The notes beneath the pieces are model-generated. The model had not been told where the DNA came from, searched no databases, and saw nothing but the letters and a program-made list of their open reading frames with translations. The position numbers and the translations under genes were made by a program. Source: Octopus vulgaris (lineage: Eukaryota). Taken from it: a DNA stretch of 64,000 nt. Positions 53,315 through 64,000 of this stretch are shown here, in pieces; the first letter of the stretch is position 1, and each line of letters opens with the position of its first letter. Location of the stretch: positions 24,428,001-24,492,000 of the forward strand of contig OX597827.1 of NCBI GenBank assembly GCA_951406725.2, written 5' to 3'.

Positions 53315-54826
53315 CAGGGTGTTCAAAAAGTCTCTCTGCAGTGAAATTTTTGAAGACACCATCAGCACTGAGAGATATTGCTCAAATATCGTCTCTCCAT
53401 TTGTGGGCCAACTCACTGAAAGTGAAAGTAATAACGCATACTTTCAGCGCGATGAAGCTACAGCACATACTTTGCGCATCACCATGGCGCTACTTTGAGA
53501 GTTTTTCGGTGAACGGATTATTTTGAAGGGACTTTGGCCACTAAGATCACCTAATTTAACACCACCAGACTTTTTTTTTCTGGGGAGCAAGTAAAGGATC
53601 AGTGTACAAGAATCGCCTTAAAACCATTAAGGAGTCAAAAGATGCAATCATAACCTTCACATGGTCCATACTGTGTCAGAATCTCAAAGAGATGTATTTC
53701 AAAACACGTGTAGAAGAGTCAACTTATGTATTGAAAAGGAAGGACGACACTTTCAACACCTCTTATAAAGTTTTTTTAAAGTCTTGTAAAGTCTAATATA
53801 TTCTTTTGTAGTATTATACCATCTTCATCCTCCTCCTCCTCCTGATCATCATCATCGTTTAACGTCCGTTTTCCATGCTAGCATGGGTTGGATGGTTCGA
53901 CCGGTGTCTGGGAAGCCAGGAGGCTGCACCGGGCTCCAGTCTGATCTGGCAGTGTTTCTACAGCTGGATGCCCTTCCTAACACCAACCACTCCGTGAGTG
54001 TAATGGGTGCTTTTTACGTGCCACCGGCACAGGTGCCAGGGGAGGCTGGCAGTGGCCATGATTGGTTGGTGCTTTTTATGTGCCACCAGCACAGGTATCA
54101 CAACTACAATTACCATTTGATATTTATTTTGATGTTGATGTACTTGACTCAATAGGTCTCCTCAAGCACAGGAGGTCGTTCTGCAATCCAAAGTACTTTG
54201 GATGTGCTGGGGCTATGCGAAACTGGTGCAGGAAACAGCCATGAACTTACATTATTTGTTGGGTCTTTGCAGTCACAGCATATCTCCAGAGATCTCGGTC
54301 TTTCGTTATTGCCTCTGTGAGGCCCAAAGTTCGAAGGTGAAGCTTGACTACCTCTTCCCATGTCTTCTTGGGTCTACCTCTCCCCCTGGGTACTGTTTGG
54401 GAGTAGCACTTCTTCACACATCTCTTCTCATCCATCCAAAGTACATGACCATACCAGCGCAAACCACATCCTCTTGCACACCACATCCGATGTTTCTTAT
54501 GTCCAGCATTTCTCTCAGGGTGCTTACACTCTGTCGTGAGTGCACACTAACATTACACATCTAGCGGATCATGTTAGCTTCATTTCTTTCAAGCCTATGC
54601 ATGTCTTCTGCAATCACAGCCCATGCTTCACTACCGTGAAGCATGGCAGTTCGCACACATGCATCATACAATCTACCTTTCACTCTGAGTGAGAGACCCT
54701 TTGTCACCAGCAGGGGTAAAAGCTTTCGAAACTTTGCCCAGGCTATTCGCATTCTAGTGGTACTTGGTCATAGATATTTATTTTGCAATAAAATACTTAC
54801 TGAAGGGAGACTTTTTGGACACCCTG
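53315..54826 (+). mobile_element. Tc1/mariner-superfamily DNA transposon remnant
   Basis: TA target duplications; TIR CAGGGTGT(T/C)CAAAAAGTCTC (19/20 match); transposase remnants YFQRDEATAHT and WPLRSPNLTPPDFF. Confidence 0.87.
53845..54755 (-). mobile_element. RTE-clade LINE 3' portion (ORF end, 3' UTR, (GAT)n tail) nested in a Tc1/mariner element
   Basis: RIAWAKFRKLLPLL...LYDACVRTAMLHGSEAW...LRWYGHV...GRGRPKKTW, followed by the GGAAGGGCATCCAGCTG module and a GAT tail. Confidence 0.88.
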
Positions 54827-55919
54827 TATTATAAGGTAGCAAGCTGGCAGAATTGTTAGTACGCCAGACGAAATGCTTAGCGGTATTTTGCCTGTTGCAA
54901 TGTTGTGAGTTCAAATTCTGCCGAGGTTGATTTTACCTTTCATCCTTTTGGAGTCGATAAATTAAGTACCAGTAAAACACTGGGGCCGATGTAATCGATT
55001 ACCCCCTCCCCCAAATTTCAGGCCTTGTGCCTATAAGTAGAAAGTATATATTATATATACTGTCTGTATTGCATATATTTTGTTCAAAAATTTCAATCAA
55101 CTGATCTCATGGAAGTTATCTCCCTTGCTGGCTAGTTTTAGATATCAACTCTCGCTTCCATCAGAGTAAGTTTGCTAATTACTTAGATTATCTCAGGTGA
55201 TCAAAGTTTTTTTCAACTCCTTTTCTATGTGGAGCTAAAACTGTTGACCTTAATTTTGTTGTTTTACAATCGTCTCTCTGTTTCAGTCATTGGATTGTGG
55301 CCATGCTGGGGCACCACCTTGAAAAATTTTTTAGTTGCATGAATTGATCCCAGTACTTATTCTATTGATCTCTCTTTTTGCTGAACTGCTAAGTTATGGG
55401 AATGTAAACAAACCAATACCAGTTGTTAAGTGGTGTGGTGGGACAAACAAAGACACAAAGACATGCACACACACACACACATATATGCATACATGTGTGT
55501 GCGTGTGTGTGTACGTATGTGTGTATATATATATGATGGGCTTCTTTCAGTTTCTGTCTACCAAATCCACTTACAAGGCTTTGACTGGCCAAAAGTTATA
55601 GCAGAAGACACTTGTCCAAGGTGCCACATAATATGACTGAACCTAGAGACATGAGTTTGCGAAGCAAACTTCTTATCACACAGCCATGCCTATGCCTACA
55701 ATGATAAATGTAACAATATCTAATAGAGTACAAACCACTTACATTAGAGTACCAAAGTATAGTCAGACACCCTTCCTGTTGCCAACCTCCACCTATTTCC
55801 AAGCAAGTAACATGTAACCCCATGGGTAGACATGATTTTCATGGAAGACTGGAAATGAACAAACTCATGTGTGGATGATAGGGAGTCATTGCATGATGTC
55901 AAGACACACACACACACAC

Positions 55920-56170
55920 ATCCTCGAAGCCCTTTTTCTGTCTACTTTGTGTCTGCTTGCCTTCCACTAGTTTGCTGTAAAACAGTCTCTTGGGGAGTCG
56001 TGCATCAGGCATTCAGATAAGGTGGCCTGCCCACCTGATTTGCACTCACCTGAACAGTGTGTAAATGTTTGGCAGATCATCTCGAGGGAGGACCTCCATA
56101 TCTGGGACCTTGTCTTGCCAGGTGATTTTCAGCAGCTTTCTCAAGCCTTTTAGCCTTCTGATGTGGTATC
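55920..56170 (-). mobile_element. RTE/BovB-like LINE fragment
   Basis: LRKLLKITWQDKVPDMEVL...RWAGHL..MPDARLPKRLFY, with in-frame stops. Confidence 0.75.
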
Positions 56171-56719
56171 TGTAAACCATGCACACACATTCATACACAA
56201 ACACACGTGATGAGCTTCTTTCAGTTTCCATCCATCAAATTTCTTCACCAGACTTTCCATACTATTAAATATCTTAGTTTCATTTTATCATTTATGTTTT
56301 ATATTTTATTTTATTATTTTATTTTATTATTTATGTTTATTATCTTTTTCATAGTGATTATACAACATAATCTCATTTAATCCTTATGCGACTGTGATTT
56401 ACTCTTGATCAAATTTATTTTTGCTGACTCTGTTTTAAATGTCATTGTACTCCAGCCGAAAGATATTTGTGATTCCAAGCAAACATTTGCTTTTAACCCT
56501 TTGAATGTGGAAAGTGGATACATCCACTCAAAATTTTATAACCATTTGCTGCGGAAAGCAGTTTTATTCCACAGCTTCAAAAAATCCTTTGCTGCGAGAA
56601 GCAGAGAGACTCCCTGTGGCCCTTTTTATAAAAGACAATTGTTTTCAGATTTTCTTAATTTCTTTTCACATATTTCATCAATTATCTCTTTATAGAGATA
56701 GATAGATAGTTAGATAGAA

Positions 56720-56805
<86 letters not shown>

Positions 56806-57984
56806 GAATACATTTAGTGGAGGATATGAAAACCGTATCCAGAGGAGGTACAGAAAACTTGAGAGACATTTTATTTTCAACATTTTTACAGGAAGTAAAA
56901 GAAAGAAAAACAAACATTAAAAGTATAAAAGAACAAATAATTAAAGAACCTCCCCCCCCCCCAACAATCTCACTAAGGAAACAGAAAAAGAAACAAAAAA
57001 TGGTATGGAATTACACAGCCAGCAACAGATGGTGGTGGTTGAGAGTTTCAGGTTGCACAGCCCAGAACAAATGGCAGGGTCAGCTGCACCTCATGGACAT
57101 GATAGCAAAGGCATGTCAGTGACACTTATTGCAACAGCTGCTCCACCTTGTGGTGAGTCATTTCTCAAATGTTTTGCAGAAGCCAAAAAATATCAATACT
57201 ATTTGCAGGTGAATAATTAACATCGTTACAGGAGTGACCATGAAATTTAATTACGCAGCCAAAGGATAAATGTTATGAAGGCAGTTTGGTTTCTCTTGAG
57301 GTTTTCTCTCTCAATCCTTGCCACTAACGAGACCCTAAACTGCTATGATTAGCGTATAAAACGGAGAAGAAGAAACAACAATGAGAATAAGCAGAGAAGA
57401 AATGTTCAGTCACTCAGTGCGAAGTTTTATCTCGATAACCTCAAGGTTACTTATTAGGATTTTCGATCGAAAACAACTGGTGATTTATTTAACAATGGGG
57501 CTGTATTTCATAAGCTCTTGCTAACAATACAACCATAATTGAGTAAATATTCACATCTTCTTAAAATATTAGTTTGTGTGAACAAGGAGAATTTATTAAT
57601 TAAGACCATTTAGAATATTAAAGCACTTCTTTGCTGATATAACGATTGAAAGTGGGCTTATCAAGAGTTAATATTGATTGAGTTTGCTGTCATTGTTATC
57701 TTTCAAGATTGTAAACACTCCACGATGAATGAACGCAATGAGTTTGTGTGATTCTACGCAGAGAAATTCCAAAAGCTCTATTTGGCAAATCAGTGAATCG
57801 GAAACCTTAAGAGATTTTTTTCTTTTTGATAAAGAAATTTCTCGAGTCAGAAGTAAATTGAGATAATGCTGTTGGGGAAAAGTTTAGCATGCACAAAACA
57901 ACAAACAACAAATACACAATATACAATGTGATACAAGAGATCTGGGCACATAGAAATAACTAGTTATATATAACTATTATATTA

Positions 57985-58388
<404 letters not shown>

Positions 58389-59395
58389 CATCATCATCAT
58401 CATCATCATCATCGTTTAGCGTCCGCTTTCCATGCTAGCATGGGTTGGACGGGTCAACTGGGGTCTGTGAAGCTGGAAGGCTTCGTCAGGCCCAGTCAGA
58501 TCTGGCAGTGTTTCTACGGCTGGATGCCCTTCCTAACGCCAACCACTCCGCGAGTGTAGTGGGTGTTTTTATGTGCCACCTGCACAGGTGCCAGACAGAG
58601 CTGGCGAACGGCCACGAACGGATGGTGCTTTTACGTGTCACGACGGCACTGGCCCGAACGGACGGGGGCCACGGGGCCAGCGATGCTGGCAATGGACACG
58701 AATGGTTGCCGGATGGTGCGGTTTTACGTGCCACCGACACGGGGCCACCGACAGACAGACAGAGCTGGCGAAACTGGCCAGCTGAGGCGAACGGACGGTG
58801 CTTTTACGTGCCACCGACACGTGTCACCACGGCGGACAGTGGCACGGGGGCCAGCCGAGGCTGGCAACGGACGCGAACGGATGGTGCTTTTACGTGCCAC
58901 ACGACACGGTTGCCAGACAGAGCTGCAACGCAACGGACGGCCACCGACACGAACGGACGGTGCTTTTACGTGTCACCGGCACGGGGCCAGGCGAGGCTGA
59001 CAGCGGACACGAACGGATGGGTCACTTAACCCCTGCTTTCTGATATATGATTTGATTTTGATTGTTCTCACTGGTCTTGCCGGGTCTTCTCACGCACAGC
59101 ATACTTCCATAGGTCTCGGTCTCTGGTCATTTCCTTGGTGAGACCTAGAGTTCGAAGGTCGTGCTTCACCACCTCGACCCAGGTTTTCCTGGGTCTACCT
59201 CTTCCACAGGTCCCCTCAACTGCCAGGGTGTGGCACTTTTTCACACACCTATCTTCATCCATTCTCACCACATGACCATACCAGCGCAATCGTCTCTCTT
59301 GCACACAACATCTGATTCCTCTTAGGTCCAACTTTTCTCTCAAGGTACTTACACTCTGTCGACTATGAACACTGACATTACACATCCAACGGAGC
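58389..59395 (-). mobile_element. RTE-clade LINE 3' portion with expanded 3' UTR tandem array
   Basis: [16 protein letters not shown]...[11 protein letters not shown]...GRGRPRKTW...KTRQDQ*, then repeats of GTGGCACGTAAAAGCACC, the GGAAGGGCATCCAGC module and a (GAT)n tail. Confidence 0.9.
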
Positions 59396-59551
59396 ATATG
59401 TATATACATATATATATATATATATATACATACATACATATATGCATGTATATATACATATATATATGTATATATATGTATGTATATATACATATATATG
59501 TATGTATGTATATATACATATATGTGTATGTATGTATATATATAAATGTAC

Positions 59552-59614
<63 letters not shown>

Positions 59615-60290
59615 CATATATATATATATATATGAATAAATATATTAAAGGTGCATGGCCAAGTGGTTAGGTGTGTTGCACTCCTGATTGTAAGATCATG
59701 GTTTCAATCCCCAGACTGGCTGGGCATTGTGTTCTTTTGCAAGTGAAGCCTCGTCACCAAACAACAGAGAGCCTAAGGTATTTTTCGATGTTATTATTAT
59801 TATTATTATTATTATTATCATTATTCAGGTCACTGCCTAGAATTGAACTTGGAATCTTGGGGTTAGTAGTCCGTGCTCTTAACTACTATGCTTTATGCCC
59901 ACGGGCATATGCCGTAGTGGTACTGGTTGTTGTTCTCTATACTATCATCAACTCTACTAAGTCAGACTTATGGTAACTGGAACTCTATTGTTTATGAGGA
60001 CAAGGGTTCCAGCTGATCCAATCAAAAAGAACAGTCTGCTCATGAAACTAACGTGCAAGTGGCTGAGTACTCCACAGACACGTGCACACTTAATGTAGTT
60101 CTCTGGGAGGTTCAGTGTGACACAGATTGTGATGAGACTGGCCCCATTGAATTACAGGTAGAACTCTTTTTTGCCCGCTGAATGGACTGGAGCAATGTGA
60201 AATGAAAAGTCTTGCTGAAGTACACGATGTATTGCCAGGAATTGAACTCATGCCCTCACGATAATGTGGTGAATACCCTAACCACTACAC

Positions 60291-60720
60291 CAGTTGTTCT
60301 CAACCGGGGTCTATATGGATTATTATTATTATTATTATTATTATGATATTTACCCTACATCAGAACAGCACAACTTGCTACAACCCAAAAAACCTGCTCT
60401 TGCCAGTTGGTCCATATAAGATTTTTGGGGTCCACATAGCAAAATAGTAAATTGGGGATCTGCAATAGTATTTTAAAGGCCCCTTTGAAAAAATTTTGCT
60501 TTAGATGTATGTATTGGTATGTATTGCCAAAAACAGCCGGGTTTTGTTGTAACATTTTACGTAGTTCAAGCTACACAAGTTAATGCCTGAAAAACTAAAT
60601 AGAAATTTTGAAACAATTATCTATAAAATTAGTTTTTAAACATCAAATGCCTATGGGGGTCCACCCGAATGATATAATAAACAAAGGAGTCCATAGCTAA
60701 AAAATGGTTGAGAACCCCTG
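60291..60720. mobile_element. hAT-type MITE inserted in a SINE (related copies 7540-7801, 20873-21150, 42855-43028, 50345-50609)
   Basis: TIRs CAGT(G/T)GTTCTCAACC / GGTTGAGAACCCCTG with degenerate 8-bp flanks. Confidence 0.72.
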
Positions 60721-61312
60721 CGCTAAGCAATGTGGCTTATGGTACATTTTGGATCAATATCATTGTGAGGCACCTTCAGCTACTTTGTCTTGCAAAGTCT
60801 CTGGTTGGCCAAAACCTTATGAATAAAATTTGCTAAGCAGATACGGCATAATATCTTGATGGACAGGTCACATCTATTTTTAGGTAAAATACTTAATTTG
60901 TTGCCAACTTTTACACAATCACCCGAACTTTCGGTGCTTTGAGCAATCCATTGCAACGATTTAGACCAGGTTTCTGGTTTGAAAATAATTTTTTTCCTTT
61001 CTTTCATGAAAAAGGTCAAGAGTGCTGCTTTCTTCTGAGATTATATATAGAGGACAGTCACTAACAATGAAGAAAATCTTCAAAGCTGAAGTCCACTTCT
61101 CAAAATTCTTGGGACCATTTTAGGCAATTTTGCTCACTCAAAACTCCCTGATACAATTCCTGAATATTTTTCTCCACAATGGCAACAGAGCTGCTGGTTT
61201 TAAGCTTATGAATCTTAAGCTCTCTTAATTGATTATTGATAACCTCAAAGGCTGTGATCAATTATTCAAGCAGTTACAAAGGTAGACATTCTGGGATATG
61301 TGTATACACATA

Positions 61313-61475
61313 GGGGCAGAAGTGGCTGTGTGGTAAGTAGCTTGCTTACCAATCACATGGTTCCAGGTTCAGTTCCACTGTGTGGCACCTTGAGCAAGTG
61401 TCTTCTACAATAGCCTCGGGCCCACCAAAGCCTTGTGAGTGGATTTGGTAGACAGAAACAGAAAGAAGCCTGTCG

Positions 61476-61526
<51 letters not shown>

Positions 61527-61726
61527 ATTTGTCCCATCACCCAACATCACTTGATAACCGATGTTGGAGTGTTTACATCCTTGTACCTTAACGGTTCAGC
61601 AAAAGAGACTGATAGAATAAGTACTAGGCCTACAAAGATTAAGTCCTGGGATCGATTTGTACGTCTAAAAGTGGTGCTCCAGCATGGCCACAGTCAAATG
61701 ACTGAAACAAGTAAAAGAATAAAAGA
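61313..61726 (+). mobile_element. Full-length CORE-like tRNA SINE
   Basis: Same head, core and tail as 32366-32762; B box GGTTCAGTTCC. Confidence 0.8.
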
Positions 61727-62254
61727 ACACACACACGTATGGCTGTGTGATGAAAAAGTTCATTTTGCAGCTGTGTAGTTTTGGGTTCAGTCCCAATACA
61801 TGGCACTTTGGCCAAACATCTTCTACTACAACCCTGAGCTGACTGAGGCTTTCTGAGTGAATTTAGTTCACAAAACTTACAGCGAAACTCATTGCATATC
61901 TACTTATCTATCTGCTTATCTCTCTCTCTCTCTCTCTCCCTCTATCTATCTGTCAACCTGTCTGTCTATCTATCTATCTATGTGTCTATCTTTCTATCTA
62001 TTTATCAATCTATCTATCTATCTGTATATATATATACACACACACATACATACAACTCATGCCAGCATGGAAAGCATATGGTAAATAATGATGATGTATG
62101 TATGGGCGTATGGTTTGGATTTCCTAAGAATATGCTCAGGGCTGACCTGAATGTAAACAATAATCACAACAGAGCAGTAATACAATTGATAAGTAAACAA
62201 AATATAGTGACAAGTAAACAAAACAACAAAAGCTACACAAAGATAGACAGAGAC

Positions 62255-62299
<45 letters not shown>

Positions 62300-62339
62300 A
62301 TTATTATTATATATATATATATATATATATATGTGTATG

Positions 62340-62395
<56 letters not shown>

Positions 62396-62396
<1 letters not shown>

Positions 62397-63190
62397 TAGC
62401 AGCATAGCCCGGCGTTGCCCGGGTATGTAAGAGCCCCTAGTAGGCAACGACTAATCCCAATCTAGTCCTTTCCCTAGAGTTGACCGTGGGCGAAGCTCTG
62501 TTCGCCCAACTGTAACCCAGCGACTTGTAGCGTTTGGCCTTGGGATTTATTGATGGACATTGTGAAGCAGAGTTTAACAGGAAACTGAGAACGCCTGAAG
62601 TGGATTGGTAGGTCAGCGCCCGACGGTTGAAGGTGCATGTGTGGAATGAAGACGTCCTCTCCCTTCCCACAACCGGTAAGTATTGTGGCTGTTATTAAAT
62701 GTGGTGGCAAATGTTTCACAACCAGACGTGTGCCGTTGTACTGTTTAGGTGGAACCAAATTCCTGATGAGCATAATGGGCGCACCGACTTTAAACTTCAG
62801 GATGTGTGGAGGCAGGCCTGGCGGTTCAAGTGAATTCTGGAATTCAACAGGATAATCGGCAAGCTCGGCGGGGTCTGCTGTCCTATCAATAGATTTGTAT
62901 ACGTGGACATCACCAGGAATAGCTTCAAGTAGCTGGATATTGATGGAGTTGAGAGTTAAAAGGGTCGAGTTGCATCCCCTAGACAGTCTGTGGTTTGTGT
63001 TTCTGATTCTCAACCCCATGTCAAATTTATCCATTTTTTCCAGAATTGGGGGAACTTTTCAAAATTTTTGCTGCGTTAGTTTTGAATTATGACATTGGGC
63101 TATGTGTGTGTCAAGTTTCATCAGAATCAGTTGAAAGCTGTGGTCAGGGTGAGGGTACAACCCGACAGACACACAGACAGACAAACTGCC

Positions 63191-63200
<10 letters not shown>
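62396..63200 (-). mobile_element. Internally deleted Helitron with PIF1-like helicase C-terminal fragment
   Basis: ORF 63034-62474 contains EFQNSLEPPGLPPHILKFKVGAPIMLIRNL...NGTRL...QFPVKLCFTMSINKSQGQTL...HGQL. The 3' hairpin CCCGGGCAACGCCGGG (62423-62408) is followed by terminal CTAG (62399-62396) and T. Confidence 0.92.
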
Positions 63201-63235
<35 letters not shown>

Positions 63236-63712
63236 CACACACACACACATATACACATATACATATATGTCAAGCAGCATGTGGTCAATGCCACTGCTGC
63301 CTGACTGGCTTCCATGCCAGTGGTATGTAGAAAGCACCCACTACACTCTCAGAGTGGTTGGCATTAGGGAGGGCATCCAGCTGTAGAAACACTGCCAGAT
63401 CAGATTGGAGCCTGGTACAGCCTTCTGGCTTGCCAGTCCTCAAACCGTCCAACTCATGCCAGCATGGAAAGCGGAGGTTAAAGGATGGCAACGACAATGA
63501 TGATATACATATATACATATGTATATATATATATATATATATGTAAATGGATGAATGAATTATCCTTTGTTTACCGTTAACATGGAAAATTCAATAAACA
63601 GTTCATGCAAGTAACAAGGATGTAGCGGCCTATTCAAAGGTAGAAACTCCGGTTAATGTACAGTAATTTGTGTAGTATAAATAAATATTCAGATGCTATT
63701 CAAATTCTTTTA

Positions 63713-63795
63713 CTTTCGACATATGTTTCGAAGACAACATTGGTTTTATTCTAAAGGAATAAACGGTGTAAAATGCAATCTTCTCATCAGGATAG
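63713..63795 (-). ncRNA. Minimal type I hammerhead ribozyme motif (Penelope-type)
   Basis: CUAUC-CUGAUGA-GAAGA[long loop]UCUUC-GAAA-CAUAUG-UC|GAAAG: complete core, G10.1-C11.1 pair, palindromic ACAUAUGU stem III, GUC triplet, stem I with 4 of 5 pairs. Confidence 0.65.
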
Positions 63796-64000
63796 AAAGA
63801 GAGCCTATCTCAACAACAAGACATTATAACACTTACGATGACTGCATTATCAGTTTATCATTTATGCAGTCATCGAAATTGTTATAGCATCTGCGTTCAA
63901 CTCCATTTATTTACTTATATATATATAAGGCGCAGGAGTGGCTGTATGGTAAGTAGCTTGCTAACCAACCACATGGTTTCGAGTTCAGTCCCATTGCGTG

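Noticed and set aside
58562-59022. CRISPR-like repeat/spacer appearance (also 29185-29470)
   Set aside because: Eukaryotic context with no cas genes; the linkers are related to each other and lie in a LINE 3' UTR.
62474-63034. Host PIF1 helicase gene
   Set aside because: Intronless truncated fragment bounded by a Helitron hairpin and CTAG end.

Overview
AT-rich eukaryotic genomic DNA, dense in microsatellites and transposons. The SINE families and repeat landscape suggest an octopus (inference). The only host gene I can support is on the minus strand: seven internal coding exons (43291-43161, 39679-39599, 23301-23203, 12607-12496, 9376-9243, 6317-6062, 5192-5098). All have AG/GT boundaries and compatible phases, and they join into 908 nt of stop-free frame (about 302 codons). 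The product is an armadillo-like helical region followed directly by the start of a TIR domain (HVFISYS). I did not find the first or last exons in the window. The rest is intronic or flanking DNA filled with tRNA-derived SINEs, RTE and R4/Dong-type LINE fragments, Tc1/mariner, hAT and piggyBac-type MITEs, a Helitron remnant and several long fold-back repeats. The most unusual non-coding signals are several minimal hammerhead-ribozyme motifs (best at 63713-63795 on the minus strand), short locally copied insertions (one duplicates a splice donor and a 4x TGACTCA cluster), and RTE 3' UTRs with variable tandem arrays. Nearly all ORFs in the supplied track are microsatellite or repeat artefacts. 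Repeat boundaries are approximate unless a TIR or TSD is quoted.
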